From assembly GCA_965113315.1 (NCBI GenBank), contig OZ220363.1: a DNA stretch of 64,000 nucleotides, one strand, 5' to 3'. The stretch's first letter is position 1, and every line of letters begins with the position of its first letter. Position numbers and translations under genes: made by a program. This DNA is from Podarcis vaucheri (taxonomy: Eukaryota). Shown here in pieces: positions 1-12,300 of this stretch. The notes beneath the pieces are model-generated. The model was given only the letters and a program-made list of their open reading frames with translations, had not been told where the DNA came from and did no database searches.

Positions 1-251
1 CAAAAAATACGGTAAGTTGCTACACAATACATGTGAATTCTTAGGAATGTTTGGAATGGAAAAAGTGTCCACATAGCCACTTCCTTGGGTACAAGAGCTG
101 CCACATCCCTTTTACAGGTGTTTCTCTCTGCATGGTTTGAGCCTTGTGCCAGACCCACACAAATGCTATCCATATATTAGGGAAAGATCTGAAAGGGAGA
201 TTCCTGCTGTCTTTCCTATGAACTGGAGCCCTGTGTTATAGAATTATTATA

Positions 252-492
252 CAGTGGAACCTTGTGTTACATACCATCTACCTTACAAGTGCCTCGAGTT
301 ACGAGCTCCATTGACCCGGAAGTAGATACCCCTAGTTGCAAACGTTGTCCTGGGATGCAAGTGGAAGTTGAGCGCTGGCGGTGCGGCAGCAGTGGGAGGC
401 GCCATTAGCGAAAGCACGCTAATGTTAAGAATGGTTTTGGGTTACAAACAGACCTCTGGAATGAATTAAGTTCGTAACTCAAGGTACCACAG
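252..492. mobile_element. TA-flanked Tc1/mariner-type MITE (CAGTGGTACC-type ends), degenerate
   Basis: ta|cagtggaacctt...aaggtaccacag|ta; right end similar to the element at 63044-63269. Confidence 0.7.
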
Positions 493-821
493 TATAGTTT
501 AAAAGTGTGCTGGCAAATATCTACTCGTCTGCATTTTTAATGAAGGGATCCAGAAATGACTATAAGTAAAAAAAAAAATTTTTTTTAAACCCATCAAATA
601 CTTCCAAAGATTTTGGATACTTTGGAAAAGGTGAGTAGGTTCGGACCTCTGTATTGCATCTCTGATTTCACAAATAAGTAAACAAGTAATAATCAAGTTG
701 TTGTGGTCTTGAAAAAAAAGTTCACCTGAAGTTGAAGCCACAATTCCTCTTCTGAGTTTGAAAACTGATTTTAACTTTAAATCACATGTAACAAAACCAA
801 GTTTCATTTTCTTCCCCCAAG

Positions 822-973
822 AAATCTTGTGCAGTGCAAAAAGGCTGAAATTGCTAATGCAACCACTGAGTTCCATTCACGTGAGAACAGAAGCTCTGGC
901 ACTGACAAAGCTAGAGGTCTGGTGGTATTTACTGATGAGGTTGGGACCTCATCTCCCAGCCCACTTTGAGCAG
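822..973 (+). CDS. RIF1: RIF1 exon (ILCSAKRLK...HFEQ)
   Basis: cccccaag acceptor, CAG|gtaatc donor; HEAT-repeat region. Confidence 0.92.
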
Positions 974-3900
974 GTAATCTCATCTTTTATATTAACGCTA
1001 ATATTAACACTAGTTAAAGCAGATTTCCCAAAAAGTTCTTAGCTTTGTTTTCTCTTATTTGACTTGTGCATTAACTTCATTGGGTCTAGTCTGATTAGGA
1101 CTAGTATTGAATACCACCCTTACCTGCATAATGGAGAATTTATAGTTATGATATGTCTAGTAGTTGATAGGAACAGATAAGACCTAGGAGACCAAAGTTC
1201 AACTCTCAATTCAGTCATGAATTTCACAGGATGATCTTGGGCCAGTTACTGTGTCTCAGCCTAACCTTCCTCACAGGGTGGTTGTGAGGCTAAAACAGAA
1301 AGAAGTATGGCCATGTAAACCTTGAACTACTTGGAGAAAAGGTGGGATATAAATGTAATAAATATGTGATTAAAGCTGATCTGCAGAAACCATTAAACCA
1401 GAGTATTTGGATTTATGCTGATTTTAGTTCAATTGAGCTGGCTGAACTAGTTTGTGGGTGGCATTTAATATTAGTGCCCAAATGCATCACTGTTGCCTCT
1501 TACTGTCGAGACTATGGAGCCTTAAGCACACTTACTACAATCATGGAACTACAAGTACAGCTGAAGTCTATTAAAACCTTATTTTCATTCATGTGCTAGA
1601 TAAAGACTTTAGTAGATTCCTACATGGAAGTCTGTTGTTTGTTTGGGCAGTTTAGCCCCAACCTGTTAAGTTGCTTCTGTTTGTGCCTCATGGTGTTTTT
1701 TCCCCTTTTAGGTTTGTGTGCCATTGATTCAGAGCACTTTAAGCTTAGATTCCGTTCTACAAGGAAATTCATCACGGTTAGCTATTAACCAGAGTTTACT
1801 AACACCAGGTTCTGCACACAAATCAGGTAGGAGGGAAATCTCTTTCTGACTATGATTCAGATGCAACAAATCTGAAATCTAAAAATTCAAATACTGTGTT
1901 TTATATCATGGGGTTACATATGCATGGACTTATCCTTAGCACCACCTACCCTGTTGTAATGGATATATTTCAGTTTGTACAGCCTCATATGGAAAGGTTC
2001 TTCAGTATGTGTACTTAAGAATTTGTCTTTTTTGCACATTTGTTGCATCTGAATCATATCTCCAGTGTATTAAACTATAAGATTCTGTGGCTACAGTCTT
2101 TAAGAGCTCTTGCAATTACTTCTCTAAAACAAATATTCAGACTACATGTAAAGCTTTGAGATTAGCAGCATAGTCTGAGCCTGTTTTTTGAAATAGAAGC
2201 CATGGTTAAGTCTTTTGATCTCCCCTCCCCCCAAAATCATTTGTTTATCTATCATTTTTGTGTTTTTTCGTGTATATAAAAGTTTCTGTGGTTGAAGTAA
2301 TGTACTACTGGTTTTATTTAGGTGCTTTCCCCAACGGAACCCCTGCAAATCAAAGGATGAGCCTGAGTTCTAGTACAGGAGTTACAGCCATTCCATCAAT
2401 TCAACTTCTAGGAATCGAAATGCTACTTCACTTTTTCATGGGACCAGAAGTTTTGACGTTTTCCAAAGAAAACAACATTGCACTTAGTTTAGGTAATGTT
2501 ATACATTTTTTGGAAAGTTCAAGCAGCTTATAATACCACAACACAAGTCTACGCTGCTAGCTGCTCTGACAATTGATAAGAATGATAGAACTTGTGCTTT
2601 CTCTTCCCACTTAGAACCTCTTCAGCACTCAGTAATCACCAGTCCTTCGTTCTTCTGTAAGCATGCCAGCACATTCATAAATGCAGTTCAGGTTGGCTTC
2701 ATTGCAGTTGGAAAAGATGCTTCTGGTAAGATTATTTCCCCCCCCCCTAAGAATATTGCTTCGTGCTATGCAAGTTGATAGAAAGGATTCTTCTAAATGG
2801 GCAGTAGTCAAAACTTGATTTATCTAGCTCTTCATTGGGTTATTAATTTGCCCTTAATTCATTCTCTGTCTTGCAGATACTAGTCTAAGTGCTATATGGA
2901 AGGCAATGATTCGTTTTGTGAAAGGGGCAATTGAATCAGGTAAGTTGATATATTAATGTTCTGGTGTAGACTATAATAAAAGCTTATGAGGATTATTGGA
3001 AAGTAAGAGTGTGGACAAGTAAGTGCACCATCCAGGTAAAAGTATTCTAGGCATGAAGAACCTGGCTCTAACACTCAGTGTCCAGGAACTGGTGCTAACT
3101 TAAACTGAGTAACAAATGATAGAGTTGAAAAACACATACATTTTTCAGTTCTGCTTAGAGCTGTGTCTAAACAAATTGGTAGAACATTTAACACGAACAA
3201 AGTGAATTCCAGGCCACTATTTCTAAACAGCAATAATTTACCTGAAAGCAGAACTCGGTTTAAAATTTGCAGCAAGAGCATTAATGCAGCTCTGTCCTTT
3301 AAGGTGGGCAATGCTGCAGGTTTTGCAAGACCAAATTGTATTCAAGGCCTAATTTTGCGTCGCTTGTTTTTAGGGAGCAAGAGAGAACGGCAAAGCTCAG
3401 ACGTACTCACTATGTTACTTCAGGCCTTAAAAAACATTGTTGTGTCAAATGAACTATCTGTGTTAAAGTCAATGGTAAGTTGTTTATTATAGTCTATAAG
3501 TGTTTATATAGCTATTAAATTATGATAAGAGGTGGCATATCTACAGATTATATGATCTCTGAACTGGTCCCATTGGACATTGTTTGGGACAGCATTTGCT
3601 CTGGTGAGTAGCGCTTGCTCCCAGTGCTGATATTCATTAAGCTAATGTGCTATACAGCACTCGCTGCTTAGTTGGCACAGGATTTTCAAGCTAAGTATTG
3701 TTGGAATTGGTCTTTCCAGTCTTGTGGATCACTGCTTCTGTTAATCCTTGATTTCCTCTTTGTACCCCTAACCTTATGAAACAAGATGAATGTTTTTTCC
3801 TCATGTTTACAGATAAGGTTTAGTATTCATGCTACGTAACTATTTTAGATGAATAATTATGTTTTGTTTCCTCCTTTAGTCCCTGATAGAAATCACAATC

Positions 3901-6900
3901 AAAGAACTGCCTCCAAAAGTACTAGGATCCCCAGCCTATCAGGTTGCTGACATGGATCTTCTGAATGTAAGTGGGCTTTGTGTTTGTGTGTATAAAGCTT
4001 ATCCTACCCATCATGTCACTTGTACAATATATAATAGGCAGATGACCTTTGTTCTCTTGACAAAGCATAACTAGTAAGACGCATGTATGCTTTAGCTAGA
4101 AATGTTTCTGAGTATTTATGTATACTACAGCATAGTATATAAGGAGCCTGACTCCTTTTCTTTGAGTAGTGACCATACCAGAAAATATTGGCAGGAGTCG
4201 GATGGAGGGCTCCCTGTTTAAAACATTAACTATTTTAGCCTAAGATTGCCAAGGTTCTATTAGTAAGAAAAGCTGGAAAGAGAGATATTGACATTTCTAG
4301 GGCGCAACAAAATACAATATGCCTTGAATATAAAAAAGGTAAAGGGACCCCTGACCATTAGGTCCGGTCGCGGATGACTCTGGGGTTGCGCATTCATCTC
4401 GCCAGCATGACTAAGTCGCTTCGGGCGGACCAGAGCAGTGCACAGAAACGCCGCTTACTTTCCTGCCGGAGCAGTACCTATTTATCTACTTGCACTTTGA
4501 TGTGCTTTTGAACTGCTAGGTGGGCAGGAGCTGGGACAGAGCAACGGGAACCCACCCCATTGCAGGGATTCGAAACACCAACCTTCTGATTGGCAAGCCC
4601 TAGTCTCTGTGGTTTAGACCACAGCGTGACCTGCGACCCTTGAATATACCAGTTTCTTAATCATAAGCTGAATGTGTATCTGATTGTAGCATCAAGTGTA
4701 GCATTTCTGAGATCAGAGATCATAAATAGATTGTTGTAGCTGATTAATAGCCATTTAAGGGCTTCAGGTTTTCCCCACTAGCTCTCTTTCTTTGAAAAAT
4801 TTCTTTCCAAAAGTCTTATACAAGGTGTGACCGGAAAGTTTGGTGAATGGTCACAGAAATTGGACAGCAAGAAATATTCAAACATGCATGGGTTGCAGGC
4901 CTTCAAAGTAGGCTCCCTCTGATACAATGCACCATTGACAACGTTCGTAGAACTGTTGGAAACTTCTGGAGAAGTCCTCTTTTCATACTGCTTTCAGTTC
5001 CCTCATCACAGCAGCTTGGACATGTGAAATGTTGGGAAATCTGTGCGTTTTCAGTCAGATTTAAGTTTTGGAAAAAGAAAGAAATCCGGTGGGGCCAGAT
5101 CTGGAGAATATGGAGGGTCGGACAACTCAGTAACATCAGTAATGATTTCACGCAGAATATGCAATTCTTCCGCCATCATTCAGATGGACGAACGCTGATC
5201 TCACATCAATAACTCACAAACTCTCTCGAAATTTGCTGCTGTTCTGCTCGTTGATGGTCTGCCAGACAGGGTCATCTTCGATGGTTTGCTGCCCTTCACA
5301 GAAATGCTTGAACTACTCATACACGTGTCTTTCGAGTTACAGCTTCATCTCCATACACAATTGTGAGCATTTTGTGGGTTTCCGATGCTGATTGTATGTT
5401 CAAATATTTCTCGCTGTCTGATTTCTGTGACCATTCACCGGACTTTCCAGTCACATTTTGTAATTGCATATGAGCACGGTGAACACAGATCACATTTTGG
5501 GATTGAATCATTTAGCAATGATCTGTTCCTTGAAACTGAAACATAATTGTTGACCCCTGTAGCTTAATCCAGCGAGCAGGTGTTGTTGATGCTTCTACGG
5601 GATAGAATACGTAAGACAGAATAGAGCCATATGTTTGTGAAATATTGCCAAACATAGCAGACTTGTTGACTAAGTACTGTGGCTTTTTTCCTTGCTAGGG
5701 GACTCCAGCATTGTTTTTAATTCAGCTTTCTTTCCATGAAGATCTGTTGAAATGCTATGTTCAAGATGAAAGGTAGGTACTAAGAGCAAAGCTTTTCTAT
5801 ACCCTGGTATTTATATATCCTAATATCTGAATTCATTTGGGCTGATCTGATTACTATAATGTTCTGCTTTAAAATGTAACTAATATTTTTTCTTTTCCTC
5901 CTCAATCTATAAGTCAAAGTTATTACAACTTTGTTGAATGATGTAGTTGCTAAATAATTTGAAGTTGCTGAGTGTTTCTTCTGTTTTCTTTTAAATCAGG
6001 TTTTTCTTGAACTATGAATCACTTGTAGGATGTGTTTTGTCTGGCCCTACATCTCCTCTGACTTTTAGTGAGTCTGTATTCACAATTGTCAACCAAAGCT
6101 CAAAGTATCTGGAAAATAAGGAGCACCTCTGGAGAATGTGGAGTATTATAGTTAACCCCTTAACTGAGTGGATTAACCAGGTACAGTGTGTTGGTTCTAC
6201 CTAAATGACTATACATGGAAATACCAAAGAATGTAAGTTGCTGGAATTGCATTTTAAAAGTATAGTGTCTGTAAAATGATCTCGGATCCAGTCAGGCACA
6301 AAAAGCCAGAATTCCCATGTGTCTTAATGATGATGCATGTCTAGAGTAAAAGTGAAAAATATTTTAGAAAAACAAAGCTAAGGATACCAGGTTTCTTTGA
6401 GTGTATAAAGTTCAGTTGTTGTTGTTTTTTCCCTTTAGACAAATGAAGTAAATCAAGGTGATGCTTTGGAACATAATTTCAATGCACTTTACAGTGCATT
6501 GTTCCTCCCTGTGAATACCATATTCCCATGTTCTGAATTTCCACAGGTAAGAAACTAATTGCATTTTTTTTTTAAAAAAAGAAAGAAGTGTGTGTAGCAG
6601 TAATCTTAGACCAGAAAGAACTGTGATCTCTGCTTCTTTTCTTTCATTACAGCCTACAATGAAAACATTGCTCCGTTCCTGGTCAGAGCTCTATAGAGCA
6701 TTTGCCCGTTGTGCTTTGCTGGTAGCAACAGCAGAAGATAATCTATGCTGTGAAGAACTCTGTGCTAAAATAATATCTGGATTAGAAGATGAAGCAGATA
6801 TTGTAAGTACAGTCATCTGTGCGGGAGGCACGTTCGCAACCTGCAGTGCCGTGTCTGCACACGCGTGGGTTGCAATTTGGCGCTTCTGCACACGCGCGAT

Positions 6901-9281
6901 TTAGCGGTACTGCACATGTGCGAGCGCCAAAATCCAGAAGTAACCTGTTCCCGTACTTCGGGTTCGGTGCGGTGCACAACCCAGGGTATGACTGCATAGG
7001 CTGCTCTTAATACAAAATGTGGTTGGTGTTTATGTAAAATCTTATCCCTTGTTTTTCATTCTATACTGATGTGGTAAATATATTTCTTTTCTTTCAGAAT
7101 CAGTCCATGTTGGATGGCCTCGCTCACATCACGTCAGTTATGGTTGACTGCATCAATTTTGCACCTTATGGCACTAAATACCAACCATCAAATAGATGTA
7201 AGGATAATAAGTGGAATCTGCAACTAAATGTTGCATTGGGGAGTGGTTCATTCCATTCCTTCTCCTGATTTTCTGATACTTCCTCTCTCTTCGCTCACCT
7301 CCACACCTTGTCAGTCAGCTTTTCTTGCCCAGTGAGCCTGCTCAGTCCTCATTTGACTGTTTCAGGATTTCCCCCCTCAGTGTTTTTTTTCTAAAGGTTT
7401 TTTTTTTGTGCTTCTGCATCGTTGGGGTTTCCTTTATTCCTGCTACCTTCTTCTTGTGCTTGAATGTTGTTTTCTTAGGCTATGTAAGAATCGGCATTCA
7501 TAATATTGATTTCAAATGTATCTAGGCTTCCTGTATTATGAAACAGAGAGCTACTGAGTTGCTGTACATGTTTGGTCAGTTTACTGTTTTGACAGTTGAA
7601 TTGATTGTGTTGATCAAGAGCTGTGCTCAGACTTCTAGTAACAAGCTTCTTAAAGTTGTATAGGCTCGTGTTGTTTGGTAGTTTGACATAAATTCTGAAG
7701 CCTCTACTGAAGTCAGCAGTGCAGTGAACTACTTTTAAAGTTAGTCTGGATTAAGTTCTTCAGCTGTGCTATTAAATACTTTAAGTAAAATGCTTGTCAT
7801 GATGGGAGGCAGGGTACGTGTGGAGTGAGGGATCTTGAAACTTGCAAGGAGTCCCTGGGATGTATGTGTGTGCACCATTCCCTTACATGGGAGAATAGGC
7901 TCTCTTGCTGTATTGCCCTCCTCCTTTGGAAGGGCTGTTGCACATGGTTAAGAGGCGAGCAGGCCATTAGGATCACATGTACTTTCCCCTCCTGTGAAGA
8001 TCCCTTCATCCTATCCCATTGCCCTTAATCATCTGCTGTGATGTTAATTACAGCTACTTCATGTTCTAGAATTTAAAATATGGGAGCAGGAAAGGGAAGG
8101 GAGTACACAATCTCCATATGAACTCTTAACCCTGTACAAGGAATATAGCTGTAGTATTGAATAACACTCTCAATATTCGGCATGTTGAAAGGGAAAGGAG
8201 GAATGGTATTTATAAATAGATGCAGGTGTGGTGGTCCTTGCTATTTAAACCTTAACTTTAATATAAACTACCTTATTTGCTAAAATAAATGTTGTCAACT
8301 TAACATACTGATCCTTAGCCCCACAGATGCCTGCCGACTGGTCCAAAAAGAAAAAAGATCCCCTTGGAAAGCTGTCGTCCTTAATTAAACTTTTGGTGAT
8401 ACTAGTAAACTCACTTCAGATGATTGTGTCCAAGGAATCCAGCCCTGAAAGAAAGACCTCTATCAGCACTTCCGTTATCGGTGCTCTTCAAAATATCATT
8501 GGCCACATCTCCCTACCTTCAGTCATCAGGCCTCTGTTCAGAACTATTGCGAAACCGTTATCAGCATTTTATGAAAAAATAAAGTGAGTGCTCTGCTATA
8601 TAGCTATGCAGTACTGACTTTGCAGTTGTATACTACTTTCGTTACTATGGCTAACTTGTTTCATACATGTGATTGAAATAGCTTAGGAAACCTACATGGC
8701 TATACCACTAGTCCAATGATGTTCCAGAGGTACTTTATTGATGCTACATTGAGAGTTGGATAGCAGCTTACGTAGCACCTTGTTCCATTTGCAATCTGTA
8801 ATCAGATTTATTAATTTTAAATTTTGCTTTTACAGCTGTTTTTAAAAATATATTTAACACAAGTATTAACTGCAGAGAGCACACAGTTTTAAGAGATGTC
8901 ATTTCCTATGACACAGAAGGGGGAGCGATACTTTTTTTTAAAAAAAATGATGCCTCCTTAAGAGATGTGTGCTTCATCCAAAAATAAGAAAGTACCCCAC
9001 TTGCTTCAGAGTTACCTTTCTATCAATATACAAGTTTGGTCAGTAGGCCGAAGCTCATCATTGATCAAACTGAGAGTTGCTTAATTGGGTGATAGCCCTA
9101 AAAGCTACAGGAGGCTAGAATCAACTGCTTACTGAAAATTCACTCTTGGCAGCCTTGATTTGGTTGGCTATTTGATGTGTCCCAAAATGGTATGTTTCTT
9201 TAAATGTATATAAATGTTATGGTTATGATAAAATTAGAATACTATCCAGTTTTTGAGTTTTTTCCTATATTGAGCTTCCTC

Positions 9282-9314
<33 letters not shown>

Positions 9315-12300
9315 CCCTTCATCTTAGCATAAAGGGGAGGTCACAGCTTTAAAAACATTATTGAAAACACTTTGCCACAATTTTAAACTATAAAAATAAG
9401 GTAGGTCCTATATTGTACCTTATGTGACAGAATCTATTTTTAAGACTAATTGTACGCCTGAGGGCAGGCATAGTCTTAAAACTTTTTTTGTAAGCTACTC
9501 CCAGAGCTTTTTTTGGCTAAGGGGATATGAATGCTGTAACCAGTAAATAAAGAAGCAGAGGTTATTCCTTATATGAATACTCATCAGTTATCTCCTTTCC
9601 CCCATCAGGTCCACTAATGCATCTAAAGTGACCAATGGGCTCAACAACAAGGTAATTTGGACTGGTGGTGGTGGGAAGCTTTTCTGTCTCTTGAATACGT
9701 TTTTTAATACCATGCAGCCTAGTAGCATAATTCCATAAAAGGAGCTGCCCTTGCACATAGTGTATAGTGTGTGTGTGTGTGTGTGTGTTTTACCAGCATC
9801 TCTGTTGTGCTACCACAGACTTCGCTAGTTCCTCATAATTAAGTGGGTGTTGCATGATTAAACCCAGGCAAGGAATTGCCTAATCAGTGCATGGAGTTTG
9901 AGGAGGGGAAAAAAAATTGTAGTAAATAATTGCTTCATTGTGCATTATTTGGGTCTAGTGTAGGATTTTGCCATGATCTCCTGTGCCATCTAGCCTAGAG
10001 AATAGGGCTCCGGGGTTGTAAACAGCGTTCCAAGAACTTCCTTATATTATTGGCCTTCTTGCTTTAAGTTTTACATTGTAACTTAGTAGACAATGCTTAG
10101 CCCATCATCTGCTGTTAACACCTTTTGCAGCTATAACCTTTTTGATACATTTTTTTATTCTATTTTCCAGTTTGAAAAGTTATTGGCAGAAAGTATTAGT
10201 TGTTTTCAGTCTTCCTATGCTGGATCCTTTGACAGTGATCTGCTGCAAGAGCTTTCTCCATTGCTGTGCATAATGCTTTTGCACAAGAATAAACAGCTAC
10301 GTAGTCAAGCGGCTCAGTTCTGGAATGCAACATTTGGTAAAGCTGTAGTGCTGACATACCCAGAAGAATTAAAGTAAGAATTTTGTAGCTTGTCATATAC
10401 GTATAGACTTGTGGACAAACTCAATTTACATGTGTAGAGCCCCATCCCAGCTCACGGCCAATCTTAAAAGCATTCTTATCCATTTTCCAGTCTGCTAAAC
10501 ATGAAGCACTTCTGTCGGAAGCATTTTGTTGGGGGGGACTTGAAAAACGGTAGATGCATATGAAAACAACTATATCATAACTGTCCTGACATGGGGTTGG
10601 GTCACTGTGACAGTTCCTTTAATTAAAAACCAGAAGAACTCTTTAGACCATACTTCCTCAACCTCGGCCCTCCAGATGTTTTGAGACTACAATTCCCATC
10701 TTCCCTGACCACTGGTCCTGCTAGCTAGGGATCATGGAAGTTGTAGGCCAAAAAAAATCTGGAGGGCCAAGGTTGAGGAAGCCTGCTTTAGACGCTGCAA
10801 ATCTGAGCAGAAGAATGGTTAGAGGAAAGGGTGGCTTAACCCTGCCTCTTGTGTAATCCTTCCTGTACAAAATTTCATGTAAGGACTTCAAATGGAACTT
10901 TTTGACTAGAACTGCTTTCTCCTTTTCTCTATCACTCCTCTGGTCAAGCTTATAAATACCAGGTACCTTCTAGTGGTTCTTTTTGGTTGGGGAAAGGTTG
11001 ATGTTGACTGACTGCTAATTACTTCTGATTTGGGATTAATGAAGTAACTTGTACAACAGAAGCAAAGTAATAGTATTGTTTGTCCTCCAGAATTTCATAT
11101 TTCACTTGGCGTTTCACACAATAAACTAGTATAGAATTCATATACAGACAATCAAAACAGGTGAAAGTTTTGCATAATGTTTGGGTTTGGATATAGAATA
11201 CCAAGCTGCATCATCTTGAAAATGCATTGTAACTAGCAACTCAAAGCTTCATTCTTTGCTTATAAGTTTTCAAGTGTAAACATGGTGCCAAAAACTAATT
11301 GTTCCAAGTCTGAATATCGGATTCAAAGATTTTAAATGCAACTTTCATGATTGCTTCCTTTCAGATGTGTTTTGTGCCAAGCCAAGCAAAAAAATTTACT
11401 CTCGTTGCCTGGCTTTGAAATCACGGACATAGTGGGAGAATGTAACGGGACATGCTCTGATTCTGTAAGTATTAGGGTTTGGCATTGGTTGTAGTAAACC
11501 TTTTTATTTTTCTGAGTAAATAGGTCAAAATGCACACCTTCATTCAGTTTACAATTGCTAAAGTAGGAGTGTGGTGGGGGTTTTTTTTTGTTTATTAAAG
11601 GTAGTTGCAGATAAATCTGTGGAGAAACTTAGTTGACAGCACTTCTGACAATCTGAATTGGTGAAACTAGGACCTCTTCTTCCCACATGAACTTTGTTTA
11701 TCTGAGACTTTTCTCTGTGTGTCCCTCCAAGAGAGATGCAGAGGGTATCAGCATGAGAACAGACCCCCTCGGTGGGTCCCCATTTATGAAATGCTCTCAA
11801 CGTAGCAAGCAATAACATTTCTTTTGCACCAAACCTTTGGCCTTTAATTATCTTTGGCCTCATTCAGTGATGGGCTTTCTCAGTCCTGCCCTTCTATGAA
11901 TGTGTTTTTAGCTTTCACTTTGTTTTAGTTTCATGTTGTTCTTCAGCTATGTGCTATTTTTGTAAGTCACTTTGAGTTACTTTTCATTAAAAAGCAACTG
12001 AAGAAATAATAATAATAAATTTATTTATATGCCATCCGTCTGACTGGGTGAGCCCAGCCATTCTGTGGTAATAGTACATTACTCTTATTAAATTGTAGTT
12101 TAATAGTAAGAACTACAGTAAGAACTCAATTAAGGTATTATAATACTCTTATTAAATTTTAATTTTGTTACAGCAAACAGAGAATTCCCAGTGGGATGCA
12201 AAGATAAGTGGAATAGAAGTAAATCTTAGTGGGAAAAGAGACTCCTTGCTGGCACAGACCAATGAACTAAAGCAGAAAAGTATTAATTCCCCCGTAACAC

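Noticed and set aside
1-17. G|GTAAGT at position 12 as a RIF1 exon donor
   Set aside because: aaaaatacggta matches the terminal inverted repeat plus TA seen at 20044-20055, so it is more likely a transposon end; only 11 upstream bases are visible
4847-5212. 121-aa plus-strand ORF as a novel gene
   Set aside because: Antisense to the decayed mariner transposase fragment inside TIRs
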